From IMG/VR virus record IMGVR_UViG_3300016665_000251, positions 1 through 24,475 of that record: DNA of 24,475 nt, one strand, 5' to 3'. The DNA is from a virus. Taxonomy: Duplodnaviria > Caudoviricetes. Below are positions 17,028 through 24,475 of the stretch, piece by piece. Both the position numbers and the translations under genes were made by a program. The stretch's first letter is position 1. Every line of letters starts with the position of its first letter. The notes beneath the pieces are model-generated. The model did no database searches. It had not been told where the DNA came from and worked only from the letters and a program-made list of their open reading frames with translations.

Positions 17028-17821
17028 TGACGCACACCATCACGCAGACGTGCGAGCGGCACGGCGACTACCAAGCGCCGGCGCCGATTCGCCGGCCGCT
17101 GCTCGGGCGCATCGTCACGGTCTGCCCGACATGCGCCGCCGAGGAGGAGGCGACCGCGGCCGCCGCTGCCGAGGCGCACCGGGCCGCGCAGGAGGCCCGC
17201 CATTGGGCCGAACGGCTCGACGCCGCCAAGATCCCGCCTCGCTTCCGCGATCGCACCCTGGACGCGTATACGGCCGCAGGCGAGGGCCAGCGCGCCGCGC
17301 TCGCGTTCGCGCGCACCTACGCCGGCGACTGGTCGACGATCCGCGAGACCGGTCGGTCGGCGATGTTCTGCGGTTTGCCGGGCACCGGCAAGACGCACCT
17401 CGCCGCCGGCATCGCGCTCGCGTGGATCTCTGCCGGCGCCTCTGTCCGATGGTCGACCGTGCAAGGGCTTGTGCGCGAGATCAAAGACGCCTGGCGCGCC
17501 GATGCCGACCGCAGCGAGCGCCAGGTCGTCGCCGGCTACGTCGAGGCCGACCTGCTGGTCCTCGACGAGCTCGGCGTGCAGTTCGGCAGCGCGTTCGAGC
17601 GGGACCTGCTCTTCGGCCTGCTCAACGACCGCTACGAGCACCGGCGGCCGTGCCTGCTGCTGACCAACCTGCCGCGCGACGCGGCGCTCGAGCTGCTGGG
17701 CGACCGCGTAGCCGACCGTCTGCGCGAGGACGGCGGACGCGTGCTCGTCTTCGACTGGCAATCGCATCGAGGATCGGCTACACCGCGGCCGCGCGACATG
17801 GCAGGCGAGCGCGACCGCTGA
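17027..17821 (+). CDS. DnaC/IstB-like AAA+ helicase loader
   Basis: CxxH..CxxC Zn motif, IPPRF, Walker A GLPGTGKT, Walker B LLVLDELG, TNL, DRL. Confidence 0.93.
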   Translation: MTHTITQTCERHGDYQAPAPIRRPLLGRIVTVCPTCAAEEEATAAAAAEAHRAAQEARHWAERLDAAKIPPRFRDRTLDAYTAAGEGQRAALAFARTYAGDWSTIRETGRSAMFCGLPGTGKTHLAAGIALAWISAGASVRWSTVQGLVREIKDAWRADADRSERQVVAGYVEADLLVLDELGVQFGSAFERDLLFGLLNDRYEHRRPCLLLTNLPRDAALELLGDRVADRLREDGGRVLVFDWQSHRGSATPRPRDMAGERDR

Positions 17822-17919
17822 CCCGGTCCGAGCTGCTGCAGCGCGGCCATCTGGTCGGTCCCTCCATCCCGCCGGCACGATCGCCGCCGAGCGAGCTCGG
17901 GCGCCTGCCGTCTTCCTGC

Positions 17920-18351
17920 ATGGCATCGACGCGCGTCTACCCCATCACCGCCTGCACGGCTCTCGACGGCGACACCGTGCGCGTCGTGCTCGACCTTGGC
18001 TGGCGCCTTGCCTACCGCGTCGACATGCGCCTCGAGACCTTCGACGCGCCGGAGCTCGGCGGCATAAGCAACGCCGCCGGCCGCGCCGCGCGCGAGGCCG
18101 TCGCCGCATGGCTCGACTCGCGCATGGCCGACGGGCTCGAACTCGTCTCGGTCAAGCTGGACCTATTCGGGCGGAGCCTCGGCGACATCCGCACCGCCGC
18201 CGGCGAATCGCTGACGACCTGGTGCCGCGACTACGGACTGGTCCGCCCGACCGGCCCGTCCGGCCGCCGGCCGACGTGGACCGACGCCGAGCTCGCGCAG
18301 GTCGTCGTCGCCGCCGAGCAGGCGATCGCCAAGATCCGCGCGCGCGCATAG
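17920..18351 (+). CDS. Thermonuclease (SNase-like)
   Basis: DGDTV..DLG..RL..DAPE..DLFGRSLG motifs; no signal peptide. Confidence 0.85.
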   Translation: MASTRVYPITACTALDGDTVRVVLDLGWRLAYRVDMRLETFDAPELGGISNAAGRAAREAVAAWLDSRMADGLELVSVKLDLFGRSLGDIRTAAGESLTTWCRDYGLVRPTGPSGRRPTWTDAELAQVVVAAEQAIAKIRARA

Positions 18352-18431
18352 CATCGCGAAGCCGCTCGTCGCGGCAACCGCGGCGCCTATCAACGGGGCA
18401 GGCGATGGCGCCGCGGTCTTTCGCTCTGCCG

Positions 18432-18460
18432 TTGCATTTGGGGGCCGAGCCCGATACCAT
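18432..18460 (+). promoter_or_regulatory. Sigma70-type promoter, probably leaderless transcript
   Basis: TTGCAT (18432-37), 17 bp, TACCAT (18455-60); GTG at 18468. Confidence 0.6.
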
Positions 18461-18467
18461 GCGCGTC

Positions 18468-18665
18468 GTGACCAGACGACCGCAACCTGCGCACGAGATC
18501 GCGCCGATCTCCGAGGCCGAGCTGCTGCGCGGCTACGCGCGCCGGATCGGTCTGCGCGACCCGCAGGCCGCCGCCGACAAGACGGGCGAAGGCCTCTACC
18601 TGATCCTCGCCGAACACCTCTACCGCGCCACACTATGCGAGCACGAGACCAGGCCGTCGCGCTGA
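18468..18665 (+). CDS. Hypothetical protein
   Basis: GC3-rich frame downstream of the promoter; start could alternatively be ATG18459. Confidence 0.55.
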   Translation: MTRRPQPAHEIAPISEAELLRGYARRIGLRDPQAAADKTGEGLYLILAEHLYRATLCEHETRPSR

Positions 18666-18865
18666 TCTGCGAGGCGATCGAGCTCGTCGACCGCGCGCGC
18701 CAATGCACGACCGTCGGCGCGAGCGAGCTCGAGGCCGGCTGGTCGCGCGAGGTCGCCGTCCGCCTGTTGCGCGACGCGCAGATCGCCTGCCGCGGCGCCA
18801 TCGCCGAGCTGCGATCGCTGCGCGCCCGACCCGAGAATCTCCCCCCACCCTCACAAGACGACTGA
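18635..18865 (+). CDS. Hypothetical helical protein (76 aa)
   Basis: ORF with phage-like codon usage filling the operon. Confidence 0.6.
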   Translation: MRARDQAVALICEAIELVDRARQCTTVGASELEAGWSREVAVRLLRDAQIACRGAIAELRSLRARPENLPPPSQDD

Positions 18866-18869
18866 CGAC

Positions 18870-19169
18870 ATGCGAAACACCGCACACTTACACCGATCGA
18901 CCGACCCAGACACGAGCCGCCAGGCCGCCGAGATCGCCGCCGGCGTCGCCGACGCACACGAAGACCGCATCCTTTGGACGCTCGAGAAGGCCGGCCGCCG
19001 CGCCGATGCCGCGATGACGGCCGAGGAGATCGCCGAGGCCTGCGGTCTGACCGCGCACCAGGTCGGCCGCCGCGTCGGCCGGCTAATCCTGCAGGGCAAG
19101 GTCGAGGTCGTCGGCTCGAAGGTTTTGTCGACCGGCCGCGCCGGCCGCACCTACCGGAGGACCCGCTGA
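18870..19169 (+). CDS. Winged-helix DNA-binding phage protein
   Basis: RSTDPDTSRQAA motif and MTAEEIAEACGL..QVGRRVGRL..G wHTH pattern. Confidence 0.75.
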   Translation: MRNTAHLHRSTDPDTSRQAAEIAAGVADAHEDRILWTLEKAGRRADAAMTAEEIAEACGLTAHQVGRRVGRLILQGKVEVVGSKVLSTGRAGRTYRRTR

Positions 19170-19813
19170 TGCAGGCGCTACTGCAGGCGCTCTGCGCCGC
19201 CGTGCCGGACATCTCGAACCCGCGGAAAGATAGCAAGAACCCGCACTACCGCAGCACCTACGCCTCGCTCGAGGCCGTGCTCGACGCCGTGACGATCCCG
19301 CTGCAGCGGCACGGGCTCATCCTGACGCAGACGCTTCGCAGCACCTCCGGCGCCGTCGAGCTCGTCACGACGCTCTGGCACGCCGAGAGCGGTCAGCACA
19401 TCGAGAGCGCCGTGCCGCTCAACCCGGCGAAGGCGGACCCGCAGGGTGTTGCTGCCGCGACGACCTACTACCGCAGGCTCGCCATCAAGACGCTACTCGG
19501 CCTGGCCGAGGTCGACGACGACGGCAACGAGGCGAGCACGCCGCCTGCTCGAGCGAAGGCCGAGCACGCAGCGCCGGCAGCACCCGCGCCTGCGCCATCG
19601 AAGGCTGTGCAGCAGGTCGTCGAGAAACTCGGCGGCGAGCAGGTCACGACGCCGGCGAGCGAGGTCGTCGCCAAGATGCTGCGCGCGAAGACGATCGTCG
19701 AGCTCGAGGAGCTGACGACGCACGCGCGAACGCTCGACACGGCCGGCAAGCAGGCCGCGCGCGCCGCCTACAACAGCCGGCGATCGGTCCTGCAGCGCGA
19801 GGTCGAAGCATGA
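19169..19813 (+). CDS. erf: ERF-family single-strand annealing protein
   Basis: KDSKNPHYRSTYASL, TLWHAESGQ, DPQ..TY.RR, DDDGN. Confidence 0.88.
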   Translation: MQALLQALCAAVPDISNPRKDSKNPHYRSTYASLEAVLDAVTIPLQRHGLILTQTLRSTSGAVELVTTLWHAESGQHIESAVPLNPAKADPQGVAAATTYYRRLAIKTLLGLAEVDDDGNEASTPPARAKAEHAAPAAPAPAPSKAVQQVVEKLGGEQVTTPASEVVAKMLRAKTIVELEELTTHARTLDTAGKQAARAAYNSRRSVLQREVEA

Positions 19814-20130
19814 GCGGCGGCGCCTTCGACGGCCCGACCTGGCAGGACGTCGTGCTCGTCCGCCGGCAGGCCTGGGCCGTCGTCTCGATGCCGTTCGACG
19901 ACGTTCTGCAGGTCGAGCTCGACCGCGACGCCGGCGCCGCAGCTCTGGCGCAGTATTGCGGATGCGAACGCACGCACGCTGTCTGCGACGATTGCGGCGT
20001 CTCGCTGCGGACGGTCGAGGTCGCCTTCTCGGCGAGCATCAACGACCGCGTCCGCAAGGCCTGGCTGGATCGCGCATGCGACCACGAGATCGAGGCACGG
20101 CATCGCCGCTGGCAGGAGCTCTCGCGATGA
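19810..20130 (+). CDS. Hypothetical protein (Cys-containing)
   Basis: ATGA overlaps at both ends. Confidence 0.65.
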   Translation: MSGGAFDGPTWQDVVLVRRQAWAVVSMPFDDVLQVELDRDAGAAALAQYCGCERTHAVCDDCGVSLRTVEVAFSASINDRVRKAWLDRACDHEIEARHRRWQELSR

Positions 20131-20678
20131 CTGCGCCGACATGCACAGCAGAGGAGATCCGAGCCTATTGGATGGCGCGCGTCGACGAATCGGACATGGG
20201 ATGCGATTGGTCGGAAGCATTGGAAAGATGCTGGCGATGCTCTCGCAAAGGACGCCGAGGCAAAGCTCTGCAACGCTGTCACATCGTGCCGCGTAGCATC
20301 GGTGGGCAGGACGTGCCGTCTAACTACGTCCTGCTCTGCCGTTGGTGTCACGATGAGGCTCCCAACGTGCCCGACGCCTCCTACATGTGGCAATGGATTC
20401 GCGAGACGCACGCGCCGTTCTACGACCAGCACGAGACGGAGCGGTGGTGGACCGTGGCGCGTCGGATTGAAATCGACCTGCTGCTTGTCGATTGGTTGAA
20501 GGCTTTGCAACTGCTGCGGCAATGCGGTCGCCATTTACCGCAGGAAAACGGCTACACGCTCACCGAAGGAACCATCGAATGGATCCTGCGCAACGCCGGA
20601 ACGAGGCAGTGGACGGAGCAGGAAGCAATCGCGGCGCTTCAGCAGGTCCAGCACCAATGCGAGGCCTTGGCACCATGA
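20127..20678 (+). CDS. HNH endonuclease
   Basis: CWRC..CHIVPRSIGGQD..SNYVLLCRWCH. Confidence 0.88.
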   Translation: MTAPTCTAEEIRAYWMARVDESDMGCDWSEALERCWRCSRKGRRGKALQRCHIVPRSIGGQDVPSNYVLLCRWCHDEAPNVPDASYMWQWIRETHAPFYDQHETERWWTVARRIEIDLLLVDWLKALQLLRQCGRHLPQENGYTLTEGTIEWILRNAGTRQWTEQEAIAALQQVQHQCEALAP

Positions 20679-20914
20679 GCAAGCCGAAGGAGATCACCAT
20701 GCGACGCTGCGCGACGTGCGGCGTCGACTTCGCGCGCAACATCCACCAGCGGCAGCCGAACTGCTACGCTTGCATCTACAAGGCGAGCAACGGGCACCCG
20801 CTGGCAAGGCACCGGCACACGCCGGCCGAGCTCGCCGCGATCGTGGCAACGCTCGACGACCGCGTCGCCGACGAAACGCGCATGCCGTGGGAGCGGCGCT
20901 ATCCCAAAGCATGA
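20675..20914 (+). CDS. Small zinc-ribbon protein
   Basis: CATC..CYAC; ATGA overlaps. Confidence 0.65.
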   Translation: MSKPKEITMRRCATCGVDFARNIHQRQPNCYACIYKASNGHPLARHRHTPAELAAIVATLDDRVADETRMPWERRYPKA

Positions 20915-21072
20915 GCGCAACGCCGACCGACGAGGAGCTGCGCATGCTGCGCGCGACGTATGAGCACTGCCGCCGATGGGCGCATGCCGGGATCGTCGGC
21001 GCGAACGCCGTTACGCTGATCGCCGCGCTCGACGAGCTGCTCGAGCGCCGCGCGAAGGATCGGCCGGCATGA
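20911..21072 (+). CDS. Hypothetical protein (53 aa)
   Basis: ATGA overlaps at both ends; helical amphipathic sequence. Confidence 0.6.
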   Translation: MSATPTDEELRMLRATYEHCRRWAHAGIVGANAVTLIAALDELLERRAKDRPA

Positions 21073-21518
21073 TCGACGTCGCCTTCTTCGCGGTCGGCCT
21101 GCCCAAAGGGCAACCGCGCCCGCGCGCCTTTGTGCGCGGCCGGCGCGCCTCGGTCTACGACCCCGGCACCGCGAAGGAGTGGAAGATGCAGGTCGCGCTC
21201 GCTGCGCGACCGAAGCAACCCGCGACGCCGATCGTCGGCCCGTGCGCCGTGGCGATGATCTTCTACCTGCCGCGGCCGCAGCGCCTCGAGGCCAAGACGG
21301 CCGACCCCGGCCGCGTCCCGCACGTCGCACGACCCGACCTCGACAACCTGGCGAAGGCCGTGCTTGACGCGCTCACCGACGACGACTGGTTCGTCGACGA
21401 CTCGCAGGTCGTGCAGCTCGACGTGCAGAAGTGGTACGCAGCACGCGGCGCCGCGGCCGGCGTCGCCGTGCGCATCGTCGAGCTGCATCCCGACGGCACC
21501 CAACCTAGTAGCAACTAA
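21069..21518 (+). CDS. rusA: RusA-family Holliday junction resolvase
   Basis: PKGQPRPR, PDLDNLAKAVLDAL, DDSQVV..K.Y. Confidence 0.93.
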   Translation: MIDVAFFAVGLPKGQPRPRAFVRGRRASVYDPGTAKEWKMQVALAARPKQPATPIVGPCAVAMIFYLPRPQRLEAKTADPGRVPHVARPDLDNLAKAVLDALTDDDWFVDDSQVVQLDVQKWYAARGAAAGVAVRIVELHPDGTQPSSN

Positions 21519-21520
21519 CC

Positions 21521-23449
21521 ATGCCCGAACCGATCATCGTCGAGAACCTGGCAACCCTGCCGCAGACTGGCTGGATCTTCGTCGGCATGCCGAAGGCCGA
21601 CCTACCGCAGGAGCCCGCCGGCTGGCTGCGCGACGGCGTGCAGCGCCTTCCGTGGGTCCGCGAGCTCGGCGGCGTTCGCGTCCTCGCCTCGCTGCCGGCG
21701 TCGACCAACGTGCCGACACGCCGGAAGCTGGAGTGGGACGCGTCCGCGAAGCCCGAGCCGTTCGCGTTCCATCCCGCGATCACGCGCGACGTTCTGGGCA
21801 TCCTGCCGCGCTATGAGCTCGACGGCATCGACGGGCACCAGGCCGCCGACGCGCTGCAGCTCGTGCAGGCCTCCGAGGCCGCGCAGGTCTGGCGCCATCG
21901 CGTCACCTGGCCGGCGCGCCGCGTCACGCTCGACGCCTACTACACCGTGACGTCGCAGCACCCGACCATCGAGTTCGGCCTGCATGCCGTGTACGGCACG
22001 ACCGCCAACGACGGGCAACCGCAGGTCGTCAACGACCTGGGCGAGCTGCGCATGCTCTCGCGCGCGCAGATCCACACCGACTTTGCACGCCGCAACGGAC
22101 ACGCGGCGCCGGCCTGGCAGCAGACGACCTGCGTGCAGCAGATCGTCCCGCCGGGCGTCATCTGGCACCGCGCCTCCCGATTCGAGCTGCGCGGCGCGCT
22201 GCTGACGCAATACGACCCGGCGCGCCAAGAAGGGCGCCCGATGCAGGGCGTCTACACCGGCTGGCACAACGACTGGCTCGCGCTCGGCAAGATCCCGCAA
22301 CGCACGCCGGACCTCGACGCGCTACGCCGGCAGCAGCTCGCCGCCTACCTGGCACCGGCTGCCGGCCGATACGTCGACCCGCGCCCGCGAGCTCAACCGC
22401 GCAGCAGCGGGACGACCGGCGACCAGCCCGACTTCGGCGCCTCGAGCGACCTCGCCGTCGTCACGCTCGACCCGTGGGAGATCCATGACGCGCTCTGGCA
22501 GTGTCAGAGCTTCGCGCAACGACCGACTGGCAACCGCGAGCCCAACGGCGAGCCGATGCGCGCCGAGCTCCACCCGGCAGCACGCACGCACAACCAGCGA
22601 CCCGACCTCGGCCTCGGCCGCGCCGATCGCCTCGGCTGGCCGGGCGTCAATGCGATCCTCTGGATCCCCTCGCCGGCTACCTGCGAGTGGACAACGGGCG
22701 ACGACCAGCACCGCTCCGACCTGCTGCTGCATGCCACCTACGCGCTAACCCGCGACCCGCTGCTTGGCGCCATCATCCGCGACCACATCGAGCTCGACCG
22801 CACCGATCACTACGTCGTCGAGCATCTCGTGCCGGCGCCTCGAGCGGTCGGCCGTCTCGCGCTCGCGCGCGCGAACCAGGTCTGGCTTGGATTCGCCGGC
22901 GCACTGCCGACGCTGACGGGCGCCATCGACGACGCGATCGCCTCGACGCCGCTGACGACCCTGCCGGCCGATCGCATCGTCCGCACCGTCGGCGGCCGCG
23001 AGCAGGCGAAATACGGCTGGACCAACTCGCAGACCGGGCAGCCGGTCATCGGATGGCAACCGTGGCAGGAGGCGATCGCCGCGATCGGCATGCGCGCCGC
23101 CGCGAACGTGACCGAGGGCCACTGGTCCGAGCGCGCCGGCAACTACGCCTACCTCGTCGCGCGGACCGTCGTGCAGCAAGGATGGCGCCTCGAGGCCGGC
23201 CGATGGTGGCACGCCTACGCCGTGGCATGGAACGAGGGCCGGGCCTGGACCGCGCGCACGGACTGGCCGGCCAACCTCAACTCCAACGGCGACGGCTGGA
23301 CTGACGCGATCTTCGTCACGGGCGCATGCACGCCGTGGACGCTGGCCGCATCGCAGATCCGCCGCGCATTCGACGAGCTCGCGCGCGCGCAGCTCGACGC
23401 CTTCGGCCCGCCGCGCACCATCGCCGAGGCTCGCTGGCGCGCAATCTAA
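21521..23449 (+). CDS. Large hypothetical protein (642 aa), Trp-rich
   Basis: Long ORF with strong GC3 bias; beta-like N-half and helical aromatic-rich C-half; no confident family. Confidence 0.8.
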   Translation: MPEPIIVENLATLPQTGWIFVGMPKADLPQEPAGWLRDGVQRLPWVRELGGVRVLASLPASTNVPTRRKLEWDASAKPEPFAFHPAITRDVLGILPRYELDGIDGHQAADALQLVQASEAAQVWRHRVTWPARRVTLDAYYTVTSQHPTIEFGLHAVYGTTANDGQPQVVNDLGELRMLSRAQIHTDFARRNGHAAPAWQQTTCVQQIVPPGVIWHRASRFELRGALLTQYDPARQEGRPMQGVYTGWHNDWLALGKIPQRTPDLDALRRQQLAAYLAPAAGRYVDPRPRAQPRSSGTTGDQPDFGASSDLAVVTLDPWEIHDALWQCQSFAQRPTGNREPNGEPMRAELHPAARTHNQRPDLGLGRADRLGWPGVNAILWIPSPATCEWTTGDDQHRSDLLLHATYALTRDPLLGAIIRDHIELDRTDHYVVEHLVPAPRAVGRLALARANQVWLGFAGALPTLTGAIDDAIASTPLTTLPADRIVRTVGGREQAKYGWTNSQTGQPVIGWQPWQEAIAAIGMRAAANVTEGHWSERAGNYAYLVARTVVQQGWRLEAGRWWHAYAVAWNEGRAWTARTDWPANLNSNGDGWTDAIFVTGACTPWTLAASQIRRAFDELARAQLDAFGPPRTIAEARWRAI

Positions 23450-23503
23450 GCAACCGCGACCGGCAGCACGTCGCGGCCGGCAACCACAACCGCAGAGGAT
23501 CCG

Positions 23504-23875
23504 ATGGCAATCACCGTAACGACCGCAACCCCGAACGACTTCGAGCAGACCTACACTTACGCCTCGCTGGCCGCCAACGATACGACGGCCGCGATCCCGA
23601 TCTGGGCAGGCGAGCGCGTCATGCTGCAGATCACCGCGTATGCCGGCAGCGGCGCGATCACCTGCTTCACGTCGCTCGACGGCACGGCGTGGGCTCCTGC
23701 ATACGAAGGCGCAGGCGCCGCGCTGGCGATCGAGGCGATCGCACCGACCGGGGCGAACGGCCGCGTCTACTCCGTGCAACCAGCTCGCTTCCTGCGTCTG
23801 GTGCTCGCTGCCGGCGTCACGTCCGCGCAGGCGATCGTCGTCGTCCGTCGCAGCGCTGAGGCGGCGCTCTCCTGA
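23504..23875 (+). CDS. Small beta-sandwich protein, paralog 1 (possible virion accessory)
   Basis: GAGGA RBS; SLDGTAW and ARFLRLV resemble discoidin/jelly-roll motifs. Confidence 0.7.
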   Translation: MAITVTTATPNDFEQTYTYASLAANDTTAAIPIWAGERVMLQITAYAGSGAITCFTSLDGTAWAPAYEGAGAALAIEAIAPTGANGRVYSVQPARFLRLVLAAGVTSAQAIVVVRRSAEAALS

Positions 23876-24237
23876 TGGCGATCGACTACGTCGTCACGCG
23901 CCCGAACGCGCTCGAGACCGTCTACACGTTCCCGTCGCTGACGTCGGCCGACGTGACCGATGCCATCCCCGTATGGCCGGCTCGGCGCCTGCTGATGCAG
24001 ACGGTCCGGCACGACGCCAAGGGGCCAGTGACTCTACAGGTTAGCAACAACGGCACGAGCTGGACGAGCGCCTACGAGCGCACCGGCTCGACGACCCTGG
24101 CCGCCGGCGTGCAGGACGACGCAGAGAACCTCCGCGTCTGGGATTGCGAGCTCGCTCGCTTTGCCCGCGTCCTATGCGACACGACCGACGCCGAGGTCGT
24201 GCTCGTCGTCCGTCGCGCTGCCGAGGTCGCTTCGTGA
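23875..24237 (+). CDS. Small beta-sandwich protein, paralog 2
   Basis: TGATG overlap; LQVSNNGTSW and ARFARVL; colinear with the upstream gene. Confidence 0.7.
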   Translation: MAIDYVVTRPNALETVYTFPSLTSADVTDAIPVWPARRLLMQTVRHDAKGPVTLQVSNNGTSWTSAYERTGSTTLAAGVQDDAENLRVWDCELARFARVLCDTTDAEVVLVVRRAAEVAS

Positions 24238-24240
24238 CTA

Positions 24241-24360
24241 GGCACGCGCCGCACCTGGCAGCACGGGCTCGGCCGAGCAGGGCAGGCACCCGCCACCATG
24301 CCCGCCTGGCCGCCTGGGCAGGCACGGGCACGCGCCTCGCCGGCAGGGCAGGCCTGCCGT
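24241..24360. repeat. Degenerate GGCA(G/C) repeat tract
   Basis: GGGCAGGC at 24280, 24316, 24346; GGCACGCGCC at 24241 and 24327. Confidence 0.6.
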
Positions 24361-24429
24361 CCGCGCGCGCGGCGGCTCGATCCTGGGGGCGCCTGGACCC
24401 CCTGGGCACCCCCCCACCCCCCCCGGCTC

Positions 24430-24475
24430 GCGGGTCCCTGGTGGGGGGGCCACCCTATGGTGGGTCGCGGGCGAG
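24430..24475 (+). other. Candidate lambda-type cos (cosQ/cosN-like) packaging site
   Basis: GCGGGTCCC resembles lambda cosQ context, with a GGG-starting GC-rich 12-mer 30 nt downstream; non-coding, at the end of the window. Confidence 0.4.

Larger units (their letters stand above)
346..24475 (+). mobile_element. Tailed bacteriophage genome segment (siphovirus-like, lambda-type tail tip)
   Basis: Contiguous, mostly overlapping same-strand genes for tail, membrane/lysis, replication, recombination and nuclease functions; left boundary approximate. Confidence 0.93.

Noticed and set aside
17027-17821. IS21 IstB transposition ATPase
   Set aside because: No IstA or terminal repeats; coupled to a replication initiator, so a helicase loader

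Overview
The first ~345 bp are bacterial chromosome: the 3' part of a tRNA-Leu(GAG), its terminator and the start of purD. The purD start is fused in frame to the middle of a phage tail-assembly gene. The remaining ~24.1 kb is one GC-rich tailed (siphovirus-like) phage segment with every credible gene on the + strand. In order it carries a lambda-like tail module (tape measure, Dit/gpM-like, gpL, NlpC/P60, gpI-gpJ fusion, fibre/accessory proteins), a small membrane/lipoprotein cassette with no endolysin, an early operon that includes a secreted Cys-free i-type (destabilase-like) lysozyme, a Cro-like HTH, a replication initiator with a duplicated origin motif, a DnaC-like loader, thermonuclease, ERF, HNH, RusA, a 642-aa unknown protein, two paralogous beta-rich proteins and a possible lambda-type cos site at the very end. 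No integrase, CI repressor or att site is visible. All family assignments come from motif recognition by eye; no searches were run.
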